Positions 52,616-64,000 of a stretch of DNA of 64,000 nucleotides are shown here, in pieces. The DNA comes from Ranitomeya imitator. Its lineage: Eukaryota. Every line of letters starts with the position of its first letter. The first letter of the stretch is position 1. A program made the position numbers and the translations under genes. The DNA lies in the NCBI RefSeq assembly GCF_032444005.1, contig NC_091284.1:835140001-835204000 (forward strand), given 5' to 3'. The notes under the pieces are model-generated. The model was not told where the DNA came from. It was given only the letters and a program-made list of their open reading frames with translations, and made no database searches.

Positions 52616-53416
52616 ACACCACAGAGGCCACTGTCCTCGGAAGCATCTCTCCATGTCAGAATCCCTTTTTCATTTGCAGAGTGCCCCAATACTGCGCCGC
52701 TCACAGGACCTTCTGTACCGTGACTCCAGTAATAGGCTGTAATTTTTGGAAGAACCCGGCAGGAAGTTTTCAGTTCCACTGCAGCGCCCCTGCAGGGAAA
52801 ATGGAGTATGACACAACTGGAGGTCTATGTACAAACAGGGCGGAGTCCTCCAGCGAGTGCCAGTCCCTTATTGGGTATTTATATATTGGTTCTCTAACCT
52901 TTAAGAGTCAGGTCATGAGGCCCCTCCTATAAAGGGAGAAATGTCTCTTAAAGGGACAGACACACATAAATATTGTAAATCTTCATATCCCCCTCCTGCT
53001 TATTTCCATTATTACAAAAAATATAAAATAATTAGCCGTTTAAATAGGCGACTTTTTCCCTAAATAATTCAAACCCTGAACCGATACATTTCCGCAGACC
53101 GCGTGGTGCACAGGCTCCTCCCACAGCAATCGTCTCATCGGTGCCGGAAACATGGGCAGCAAGGAGTGCAAATACTCATCGTGGCCACCGGAGGCAGCGG
53201 CGCTCAGAGACTGAAAAAATATCATTTTTGTTCCGTTTTTCTGCCTCCAGAACTATAAACAGGCTCCTCCCACAATGGCGACACCCACGGCGCCATCCTA
53301 TGGGGAGGAGCTATGATGCCGTGTAGGCGGGGACATTATAATGATCCGGGGTCATGGTCCACCCCCTGCGGACCCTCGTGAGGATGATGATGATGGTGCC
53401 CCCTCCTCCGCTCCGT

Positions 53417-53721
53417 CTAGCACTGCAGCTTCCGCACCGTCCGGGAGAATTTCTTCATTTCCTTTTCGCTCTTCTGCCATTTCCGGACCCAGGAGATGAC
53501 GAGCCGCTCGTCTGCCCGATGCCCCATGACCAGCACTGTGGCCCCCGGCTCCTGCAGCTCCGGGCACACGCAGCTGTCCCCGTCCGTCAGCCACAGGACC
53601 GTCCTCTTCAGCTCCTCCTCCGTCCAGCCCTTGGCCTTATACACCGTGCGGCTCCTCGCCTCCGGGACCACCATAGCGCCCCCCTCCACGGACGACACCG
53701 AGCGCAGCGTCACCTTCATGG
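53417..53721 (-). CDS. sfrp2l: Secreted frizzled-related protein 2-like, coding exon 3 (NTR domain)
   Basis: cag|(A)MKVTLRSVSSVEGGAMVVPEARSRTVYKAKGWTEEELKRTVLWLTDGDSCVCPELQEPGATVLVMGHRADERLVISWVRKWQKSEKEMKKFSRTVRKLQC*; RKLQC* is the SFRP2-type C-terminus. Symbol tentative. Confidence 0.9.
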
Positions 53722-53764
53722 CTGAGGAGGAGAGCAACAAGCAATCACGGGGCGGTAGTGCTGA

Positions 53765-56435
53765 GGATGAGATGCACGGCTCGGCAGTATCACACAGGGT
53801 GGGATGAGATACACGGCTCAGCAGTATCACACAGGGTGGGATTAGATACACGGCTCAGCAGTATCACACAGGAGAGGATTAGATACACGGCTCAGCAGTA
53901 TCACACAGGGTGGGATGAGATACACGGCTCAGAAGTATCACACAGGGTGGGATTAGATACACGGCTCAGCAGTATCACACAGGGTGGGATTAGATACACG
54001 GCTCAGCAGTCAGCATCACACAGGATAGGATGAGATACACGGCTCAGCAGTATCACACAGGGTGGGATTAGATACACGGCTCAGAAGTATCACACAGGGT
54101 GGGATGAGATACACGGCTCAGCAGTATCACACAGGGTGGGATTAGATACACGGCTCAGCAGTATCACACAGGGTGGGATTAGATACACGGCTCAGAAGTA
54201 TCACACAGGGTGGGATGAGATACACGGCTCAGCAGTATCACACAGGATAGGATGAGATACACGGCTCAGCAGTATCACACAGGGTGGGATTAGATACACG
54301 GCTCAGAAGTATCACACAGGGTGGGATGAGATACACGGCTCAGCAGTATCACACAGGGTGGGATTAGATACACGGCTCAGCAGTATCACACAGGGTGGGA
54401 TTAGATACACGGCTCAGAAGTATCACACAGGGTGGGATGAGATACACGGCTCAGCAGTATCACACAGGGTGGGATTAGATACACGTCTCAGCAGTATCAC
54501 ACAGGCTGGGATGAGATACCCGGCTCAGCAGTATCACACAGGGTAGGATTAGATACACGGCTCAGCAGTATCACACAGGATAGGATTAGATACACGGCTC
54601 AGCAGTCAGTATCACACAGTATAGGATTAGATACACGGCTCAGCAGACAGTATCACACAGGAGAGGATTAGATACACGGCTCAGCAGTCAGTATCACACA
54701 GTATAGGATTAGATACACGGCTCAGCAGACAGTATCACACAGGAGAGGATTAGATACACGGCTCAGCAGACAGTATCACACAGGAGAGGATTAGATACAC
54801 GGCTCAGCAGTCAGTATCACACAGTATAGGATTAGATACATGGCTCAGCAGACAGTATCACACAGGAAAGGATTAGATACACGGCTCAGCAGTCAGTATC
54901 ACACAATATAGGATTAGATACACGGCTCAGCAGTCAGTATCACACAGGAGAGGATTAGATACACAGCTCAGCAGTCAGTATCACACAGGAGAGGATTAGA
55001 TACACGGCTCAGCAGTCAGTATCACACAGTATAGGATTAGATACACGGCTCAGCAGTCAGTATCACACAGGAGAGGATTAGATACACAGCTCAGCAGTCA
55101 GTATCACACAGTATAGGATTAGATACATGGCTCAGCAGACAGTATCACACAGTATAGGATTAGATACACGGCTCAGCAGACAGTATCACACAGGAGAGGA
55201 TTAGATGCACGGCTCAGCAGTCAGTATCACACAGGAGAGGATTAGATACACGGCTCAGCAGACAGTATCACACAGTATAGGATTAGATACACGGCTCAGC
55301 AGACAGTATCACACAGGAGAGGATTAGATGCACGGCTCAGCAGTCAGTATCACACAGGAGAGGATTAGATACACGGCTCAGCAGACAGTATCACACAGGA
55401 TACAATTAGATACACGGCTCAGAAGACAGTATCACACAGGAGAGGATTAGATGCACGGCTCAGCAGTCAGTATCACACAGGAGAGGATTAGATACACGGC
55501 TCAGCAGTCAGTATCACACAGGAGAGGATTAGATACACGGCTCAGCAGTCAGTATCACACAGGATAGGATTAGATACACGGCTCAGCAGTCAGTATCACA
55601 CAGGATAGGATTAGATACACGGCTCAGCAGTCAGTATCACACAGGATAGGATTAGATACAGGGCTCAGCAGTCAGTATCACACAGGAGAGGATTAGATAC
55701 ACAGCGCAGCAGTATCACACAGGGTGGGATGAGATACACGGCTCAGCAGTATCACACAGGGTGGGATTAGATACATGGCACAGCAGTATCACACAGGGTG
55801 GGATTAGATACACGGCTCAGCAGTATCACACAGGGTGGGATGAGATACATGGCACAGCAGTATCACACAGGGTGGGATTAGATACACGGCTCAGCAGTCA
55901 GTATCACACAGGAGAGGATTAGATACACGGCTCAGCAGTCAGTATCACACAGGGTGGGATTAGATACACGGCTCAGCAGTATCACACAGGGTGGGATGAG
56001 ATACACGGCTCAGCAGTATCACACAGGGTGGGATGAGATACACGGCTCAGCAGTATCACACAGGGTGGGATGAGATACACGGCTCAGCAGTATCACACAG
56101 GGTGGGATGAGATACACGGTTCAGAAGTATCACACAGGAGAGGATTAGATACACGGCTCAGCAGTATCACACAGGAGAGAATTAGATACACGGCTCAGCA
56201 GTATCACAGGAGAGGATTAGATACATGGCTCAGAAGTATCACACAGGAGAGGATTAGATACACGGCTCAGCAGACAGTATCACACAGGAGAGGACTAGAT
56301 ACACAGCTCAGCAGACAGTATCACACAGGAGAGGATTAGATACACGGCTCAGCTGTATCACACAGGGTGGGATTAGATACATGGATCAGCAGTATCACAC
56401 GGGAGAGGATGAGATACACGGTTCAACAGTATCAT
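53765..56435 (+). repeat. 37/41-bp minisatellite (GATTAGATACACGGCTCAGCAGT[CAGT]ATCACACAGG..) filling sfrp2l intron 2
   Basis: Period 37 (53821 to 53858); 41-bp variant in the centre. Confidence 0.96.
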
Positions 56436-56780
56436 CAGTATTGGGATTAGATACTGTTCATGCATCACACCATTAAACTGTCAGGTGATTGGCCGCTGCC
56501 CCCTCTCGCTCCTCCCTACCACCTCTCAGCCATTCAGCAGAGCGGACTGAAGTCACATGACTCCGCTCTGTACAGCGGGGAGGCGGAGCCTGAGGAGGCG
56601 GTCTCACTCCTCTTGGGCTCCTGTCTGACGCCCTCTGGGTCGGTCTATGTTTATTCCATAGACAAGAACATTTTCAGGATTTGTAAGGAGACTGGAGCGG
56701 TCGGGTCAGAGGATCCCTCTAATATTATTGTCGGGATTCACAGATCCGCAGTTCAATAAACTTTATTTATAACAACTCAC

Positions 56781-56858
56781 CAAAGTCTCGGGAGCAGAAA
56801 TCCTGCAGGAACTCCTTCTCAGTGTCCGCGGGACTGTGACAGGCGGAGCACGGGAACT
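56781..56858 (-). CDS. sfrp2l: Secreted frizzled-related protein 2-like, coding exon 2
   Basis: ttcag|(E)FPCSACHSPADTEKEFLQDFCSRDF G|gtgagt; 78 nt, phase 1-1; CxxC...C matches SFRP exon 2. Not in the ORF track. Confidence 0.9.
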
Positions 56859-56897
56859 CTGAAAGCGGACGGGGGATCATGAAAATGATGGACAGGT

Positions 56898-58962
56898 GCC
56901 AGCCGTGCCACATACCGGCCGTGCCATCCTCACATCCAACCATCTACCGGCCGTGCCATCCTCACATCCAACCATCTACCGGCCGTGCCATCCTCACATC
57001 CAACCATCTACCGGCCGTGCCATCCTCACATCCAACCACCTACCGGCCGTGCCACCCTCACATCCAACCACCTACTGGCCGTGCCACCCTCACATCCTCC
57101 CAGCCACCAACCAGCCGTGCCACATACCGGCCGTGCCACCCTCACATCCAACCACCTACCGGCCGTGCCACCCTCACATCCAACCACCTACCGGCCGTGC
57201 CACCCTCACATCCAACCACCTACTGGCCGTGCCACCCTCACATCCAACCACCTACCGGCCGTGCCACCCTCACATCCTCCCAGCCACCAACCAGCCGTGC
57301 AACATACCGGCCGTGCCACCCTCACATCCAACCACCTACCGGCCGTGCCACCCTCACATCCAACCACCTACCGGCCGTGCCACCCTCACATCCAACCACC
57401 TACCGGCCGTGCCACCCTCACATCCAACCATCTACCGGCCGTGCCACCCTCACATCCAACCACCTACCGGCCGTGCCACCCTCACATCCAACCATCTACC
57501 GGCCGTGCCACCCTCACATCCAACCATCTACCGGCCGTGCCACCCTCACATCCAACCATCTACCGGCCGTGCCACCCTCACATCCAACCATCTACCGGCC
57601 GTGCCACCCTCACATCCAACCACCTACCGGCCGTGCCACCCTCACATCCAACCATCTACCGGCCGTGCCACCCTCACATCCAACCACCTACCGGCCGTGC
57701 CACCCTCACATCCAACCACCTACCAGCCGTGCCACCCTCACATCCAACCACCTACCGGCCGTGCCACCCTCACATCCAACCACCTACCGGCCGTGCCACC
57801 CTCACATCCAACCACCTACCGGCCGTGCCACCCTCACATCCAACCACCTACCGGCCGTGCCACACTCACATTCCCACAGCCACCTACCGGCCATGCCACC
57901 CTCACATCCTCCCAGCTACCTACCGGCCGTGCCACCCTCACATCCTTCCAGCCACCTACCAGCCGTGCCACCCTCACATCCTTCCAGCCACCTACCGGCC
58001 GTGCCACACTCACATTCCCACAGCCACCTACCGGCCGTGCCACACTCACATTCCCACAGCCACCTACCGGCCGTGCCACACTCACATTCCCACAGCCACC
58101 TACCGGCCGTGCCACACTCACATTCCCACAGCCACCTACCGGCCGTGCCACACTCACATCCCCACAGCCACCTACTGGTCGTGCCACCCTCACATCCTCC
58201 CAGCCACCTACCGGCCGTGCCACACTCACATTCCCACAGCCACCTACCGGCCGTGCCACCCTCACATCCTCCCAGCCATCTACCGGTCGTGCCACCCTCA
58301 CATCCTCCCAGCCATCTACCGGTCGTGCCACCCTCACATCCTCCCAGCTACCTACCGGCCGTGCCATGCTCACATCCTCCCATCTACCTACCGGCCGTGC
58401 CACCCTCACATCCTCCCAGCTACCTACCGGCCGTGCCACCCTCACATCCTCCCATCTACCTACCGGTCGTGCCACCCTCACATCCTCCCAGCTATCTACC
58501 GGCCGTGCCACCCTCACATCCTCCCATCTACCTACCGGCCGTGCCACCCTCACATCCTCCCAGCTACCTACCGGCCGTGCCACCCTCACATCCTCCCAGC
58601 CATCTACCGGTCGTGCCACCCTCACATCCTCCCAGCTACCTACCGGCCGTGCCATGCTCACATCCTCCCATCTACCTACCGGCCGTGCCACAGTCACATC
58701 CTCCCAGCTATCTACCGGCCGTGCCACCCTCACATCCTCCCAGCCACCTACCGGCCGTGCCACCCTCACATCCTCCCAGCCACCTACCGGCCGTGCCACG
58801 CTCACAATTCTCCCAGCCACCTACCGGCCATGCCACCCTCACAATTCTCCCAGCCACCTACCGGCCGTGCCACCCTCACATCCTCCCAGCCACCTACCGG
58901 CCGTGCCACGCTCACATCCTCCCAGCCACCTACCGGCCGTGCCACGCTCACATCCCCACGGC
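56898..58962 (+). repeat. 32/35-bp minisatellite (TACCGGCCGTGCCACCCTCACATCCAACCACC / ...CCTCCCAGCCACC) filling sfrp2l intron 1
   Basis: Occupies nearly all of the 2111-bp intron 56859-58969. Confidence 0.96.
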
Positions 58963-58969
58963 CACTTAC

Positions 58970-59468
58970 CTTCCTTTGACACTGGCATCTTGTCCTCCAT
59001 GCCAGCAGGGGGTACACACAGCTCGTTCCCCTCTGGAAACTGGGAGCAGTTAAACATCTCTGGCCATGGAAACCCAAAAGCAGCCATCACGGGTGTGCAG
59101 CCGTCTCGGACCTCCTCACAAAGGGATCGGCAGGGATGAATGGCTTCCTCCAGGTCACTGAGGCACACCGGGGCAAACAGGGAGCACAGGAACTTCTTGG
59201 TGTCTGAATGGCACTGCTTGGTGAGAAGGGGCACCCAGGAGCCCGCCTGCTGCAGAACCTCTTTCATGGTGTCATGTCCTAGCAGGTTGGGCAGGCGCAT
59301 CTCGCTGTAGCCCACCCCATGGCACAGCGTCATACTGCTTGGGACCGGCTTGCAGCTGCTTTTGCGGGTGCTCAACTGGGTGAGAATAAAAGGAAATCCT
59401 GAGGCGGGATGCAGGAGGATGACCACCCCCATCAGGAGCTCGGCGGACAAAAGGGCCCTCATCATCAA
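58970..59468 (-). CDS. sfrp2l: Secreted frizzled-related protein 2-like, coding exon 1 (signal peptide and frizzled CRD)
   Basis: MMRALLSAELLMGVVILLHPASG...MRLPNLLGHDTMKEVLQQAGSWVPLLTKQCHSDTKKFLCSLFAPVCL...FGFPWPEMFNC...VSKE G|gtaagt; 10 CRD cysteines; in-frame TAG upstream of the ATG. Join = 882 nt, 293 aa. Confidence 0.93.
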
Positions 59469-60179
59469 GGCAATGATATTCTATGGTTCACAGGGAGACC
59501 TAGGAAACAAAAAATAAAATCCCACAAGCATTAGAGCACCTGTGTTCATCCTGAGCTTCCAGATTCATGAGCAGAAGGTCAGTACAGCAGTGCACCATGA
59601 CACAGCAATGGTATATGGAAACATGGCCGCCATTTGTTGGAGAACACCCTCATCTCCTACCATGGCAGATCCTCACTAACCCACCACTGTACAAGGACCT
59701 CGGTCATCTCGCAGCTGAGCAGCGGCATAGACCGGGGTGACCCCGAGAGCACAGAAGACCACAATGCTGCAGCTCCAGAGCTGAGATCTGACAGCAGCAC
59801 CCTGCATTATAGGAGTTCAGCTAAGGGGAACATCTGGCCACCAGATTGCTGACTGTTTCCAATATTTCTGCATAAATATCTCCTCAACGATTGCAGAAAA
59901 TGGGGAAACACTCATAATATATGTCACCGATGTACACACCAGACGCAGACTCCTGGCCCCTGACGTAGGGTGGTCTCCACATCCATTCACTCTAGAAGAA
60001 GCACTGGGGGTACTGGTGATGTCCCCATCCCACAGACACCGCAGGTTCGCTTACTGGGCTATTCGGGAGAATCAGTGGATGAGGGACAAACAGCCCGATC
60101 TTCCCCACTGGTTTAACTTGTGAAAGCAGGGTGCTCCAGAATAGGGGCTGCCCCTTCTCACCAGACTACTCTACCAACA

Positions 60180-61942
60180 TCCTCAGATCCTGTCTAACCT
60201 CATGTCCAAAACCAGCTTCTCCACCATGACAGAAGATCAGCTCTCCACCTTCCTGTCAAGATCACATCTCATCACTTGCACGCTTGACCCGCTCCCGTCC
60301 CACCTCATCCCTTACCTTGCCACGGTCTTCATTCCATCCCTAACGCACCTCTTCAACCTCTCACTCACAACTGGTGTCTTCCCCCTCATCCTTCAAACAT
60401 GTCTCGATCACACCTACCCTCAAAAAGCCCTCCCTCGACCCATCCTCAGTGTCCAGCTATCGCCAGATATCCCTTCTCCTTTATACCTCAAAACTACTGG
60501 AACAGCAGGTCCATCTTGAACTGTCCTCCCACCTCTCCTCCTGATCCCTCTTTGGTTACAATCTGGCTTCCGACCCCATCACTCAACTGAAACTGCCCTA
60601 ACTAAAGTCACCAACGACCTACTAACTGCCAGGAGCAAGCGACACTACTCTGTCCTCCTCCTCCTGGACCTGTCTTCTGCCTTCGACACTGTGGACCACT
60701 CTCTCCTGTTACAGACCCTCTCATCTCTTGGCATCACAGACTTGGCCCTATCCTGGATCTCGTCTTACCTAACAGACCGAACATTCAGTGTCCCCCTCCC
60801 CCACACCACCTCCTCACTTCGCCTCTTGTCTATCGGTGTTCCTCAAGGCTCAGTTCTAAGGCCCCTACTCTTCTCCATCTACACCTTCGGCCTGGGACAG
60901 CTCATAGAAGCCCACGGTATGCAGTACCATCTCTACGCTGATGACACGCAGATCTACCTATCCGGACCTGACCTCTCCTCCTTACTCACCAAAATCCCGC
61001 ACTGTCTGTCTGCTATCTCGGCTTTCTTTTCTGCTCGCTTTCTACAACTGAACATGGACAAAACAGAATTCATCATCTTTCCCCCATCTCACTCTACCCC
61101 TCCACCAGACCTATCCATCAATGTCAATGGCTGCTCACTATCCCCAGTCCCACACGCCCGGTGCCTCGGGGTGATCCTCGACTCTGCCCTCTCTTTCAAG
61201 CCATATATCCAAGCCCTTGCCTCCTGCCGTCTCAAACTCAAAAACATTTCCCGGATCCGCGCATTCCTTGAACAAGAAACTGCAAAAATGCTTAGCTCGC
61301 CCTTATTATCTCCCACCTTGACTACTGTAACCTCCTGCTCTGTGGCCTCCCCTCTAACACTCTCGCACCCCTACAATCTATTCTAAACTCTGCTGCCCGA
61401 CTAATCCACCTGTCCCCCTGCTATTCCCCGGCCTCTCCTCTGCCAAGCCCTTCATTGGCTTTCTATTGCCCAGAGACTCCAGTTCAAAACCCTAACCAAG
61501 ACGTACAAAGCCATCCACAACCTGTCTCCTCCATACATCTGTGACCTCGTCTCCCGGTACTTTCCTGCACGCAACCTCTGATCCTCACAAGACCTCCTTC
61601 TCTACTCCCCTCTTATCTCCTCTTCTCACAATCGTATACAAGATTTCTCTCGCGCATCCCCCCTACTCTGGAACCCTCTACCACAACACATCAGACTCTC
61701 GCCCACCATAGAAACCTTCAAAAAGAACCTGAAGACTCACCTCTTCCGACAAGCCTACAACCTGCAGTGATCCTCAACCTACTGAACTGCCGCACAACTT
61801 GCCCTACCCTCTCCTACTGTATCCTCACCCATCCCCTGTGGACTGTGAGCCCTCGCGGGCAGGGTCCTCCCTCCTTATGTACCTGTGTGCCTTGTTTTAC
61901 TCATGTTTATTGTATTTGTCTATATTTGCCCCCTTTCACATC
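60180..61942 (+). mobile_element. 5'-truncated L2/CR1-clade LINE with frameshifted reverse transcriptase
   Basis: [36 protein letters not shown] and KNISRIR motifs; 3' UTR ends before the terminal stem-loop. Confidence 0.93.
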
Positions 61943-62289
61943 GGTCCTCCTCCTACTCCAAACCCTAGGATATTCTGTCATCTTTCTACAGGTTCCTCTG
62001 TTCTCCTCCATCCTCCTCCAGCCCCCCATGTCCTCCCCCACCAGGTTCCTGCCCACCTCCAGACCCCTCTGTTCTCTCTCGTCCATAACGCTTTCCTCCT
62101 ATTCCATCCCTCTGCCTGTTCCCATCCACATTATGATTTGTGCTATAATGACAGCGGATCTCCACTCTCAACAGAAAAATTATTATAGTGCAGCAGTCAG
62201 GACCGTACGGTGTATTCAGTTTTATATCTCCGGGGGGTGAGACTCGTAGGATCTTACAGCGCTCACCCCCACACTGATGCTGAAAGTGC

Positions 62290-64000
62290 GCAGCGGGCGG
62301 AGAGCGCGGGGCGGGACGAAAGGGATGAGACAGTGGGGGTGGACAGAGTGCGGGAAGAGAGTGCAGGGAGGGACGAGACAGTGGGGGCGGTAAGAGTGTG
62401 GGAAGAGAGCACGGGGAGGGACGAGACAGCAGGGGCGGGAAGAAAGCGCGGGGTGATAGGGAGGGGAGGGACGAGAGTGCGCGGGAGGGATGAGACAGTG
62501 GTGGCGGGAAGAGAGTGCGGGAAGAGAGTGCGGGGAGGGACGAGACAGTGATGGTGGGAAGAGAGTGCGGGAAGGGATGAGAGCGCGGGGAGGGACGAGA
62601 CAGTGGGGGTGGCAAGAGAGCGCGGGGAGGGACGAGACAACAGAGGCGGGAAGAGCGCGGCGTGATAGGGAGGGGAGGGACTAGAGTGCAGGGGAGGGAT
62701 GAGACAGTGGGGGCGGGAAGAGAGTGCGGGAAGAGAGTGCAGGGAGGGACGAGACAGTGGGGGCGGTAAGAGTGTGGGAAGAGAGCACGGGGAGGGACGA
62801 GACAGCAGGGGCGGGAAGAAAGCGCGGGGTGATAGGGAGGGGAGGGACAAGAGTGTGGGGGAGGGATGAGACAGTGGTGGCGGGAAGAGAGTGCGGGAAG
62901 AGAGTGCGGGGAGGGACGAGACAGTGATGGCGGGAAGAGAGTGCGGGGAGGGACGAGACAGTGATGGTAGGAAGAGAGTGCGGGGAGGGATGAGAGCGCG
63001 GGGAGGGACGAGACAACAGAGGCGGGAAGAGAGCGCGGGGTGATAGGGAGGGGAGGGACTAGAGTGCGGGGGAGGGACGAGACAGTGGGGGCGGTAAGAG
63101 TGCGGGAAGAGAGTGCAGGGAGGGATGAGAGCGCGGGGAGAGATGAGACAACAGAGGCGGGAAGAGAGCGCGGCGTGATAGGGAGGGGAGGGACGAGAGC
63201 GCGGGGAGGGATGAGACAGTGGGGGCAGAAAGGGAGTGCGGGAAGAGAGCGCGGGGAGGGACGAGACAGCAGGGGCGGGAAGAGAGCGCGGGGTGATAGG
63301 GGGGGGAGGGACTAGAGTGCGGGGGAGGGATGAGACAGTGGGGGCGGGAAGAGAGTGCGGGAAGAGAGTGCAGGGAGGGATGAGAGCGCGGGGAGAGATG
63401 AGATAGTGGGGGCGGGAAGAGAGCGCGGGGTGATAGGGAGCGGAGGGACGAGAGCGCGGGGAGGGACGAGACAGCAGGGGCGGGAAGAGAGCGCGGGGTG
63501 ATAGGGAGCGGAGAGACGAGAGCGCGGGGAGGGACGAGACAGCAGGGGCGGGAAGAGAGCGCGGGGTGATAGGGGGGGAGGGACTAGAGTGCGGGGGAGG
63601 GATGAGACAGTGGGGGCGGGAAGAGAGTGCGGGAAGAGAGTGCAGGGAGGGATAAGAGCGCGGGGAGAGATGAGATAGTGGGGGCGGGAAGAGAGCGCGG
63701 GGTGATAGGGAGCGGAGGGACGAGAGCGCGGGGAGGGATGAGACAGTGGGGGCAGAAAGGGAGTGCGGGAAGATAGTGCGGGGAGGGATGAGAGTGCGGG
63801 GAAGGGATGAGACAGTGGGGGCGGGAAGAGAGTGCGGAAAGAGTGCGGGGAGGGATGAGAGCGCGGGGAGAGACGAGATAGTGGGGGCGGGCAAAGAGCG
63901 CGGGGTGATAGGGAGGGGAGGGACGAGAGCGCGGGGAGGGATGAGACAGTGGGGGCAGAAAGGGAGTGCGGGAAGAGAGCGCGGGGAGGGACGAGATAGT
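62290..64000 (+). repeat. Purine/G-rich complex minisatellite (GGGAAGAGAGCGCGGGGAGGGACGAGACAGTGGGGGC), runs off the window
   Basis: Recurrent modules with G-tracts and GGGGCGGG. Confidence 0.92.

Noticed and set aside
58839-58969. Read-through extension of the sfrp2l exon 1 ORF as the true C-terminus
   Set aside because: Perfect GTAAGT donor at 58969 and in-phase downstream exons complete the NTR domain.
56879-59139. 664-747-aa plus-strand ORFs
   Set aside because: Antisense reading of the sfrp2l intron 1 repeat.
62263-63894. 543-aa Pro/Ser/Leu ORF
   Set aside because: Reverse strand of the G-rich repeat.

Overview
Vertebrate genomic DNA, most likely a frog (inferred from the repeat families). 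Four protein-coding genes lie on the minus strand: INPPL1/SHIP2 (first coding exon only, 11841-12022), a complete 4-exon GPI-type folate receptor (26363-30512, 242 aa), a complete 3-exon TOMT (35535-36643, 260 aa) and a complete 3-exon SFRP2-like paralogue (53417-59468, 293 aa). I built the exon models by hand from GT-AG sites; phases join without frameshift. The order TOMT-FOLR-INPPL1 matches human 11q13.4, but I see no ANAPC15, LAMTOR1 or LRRC51, and an SFRP gene sits upstream of TOMT. Roughly half the window (about 34-36 kb by my boundary sum) is tandem repeat. The rest includes two near-identical Tc1 DD34E transposons (one with an uninterrupted 340-aa ORF), a decayed Tc1 of another family, L2 fragments, a SINE and a deeply nested hAT/Harbinger/piggyBac-like cluster. 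Best leads: (1) a 3.1-kb satellite built from about 27 copies of an L2 3' stem-loop and tail; (2) the SFRP2-like paralogue, whose intron 1 is almost entirely a donor-like repeat; (3) TOMT retaining COMT-type catalytic residues; (4) the nested TE cluster splitting a minisatellite into homogenised and decayed halves. No database searches were run; family names come from recognised motifs.
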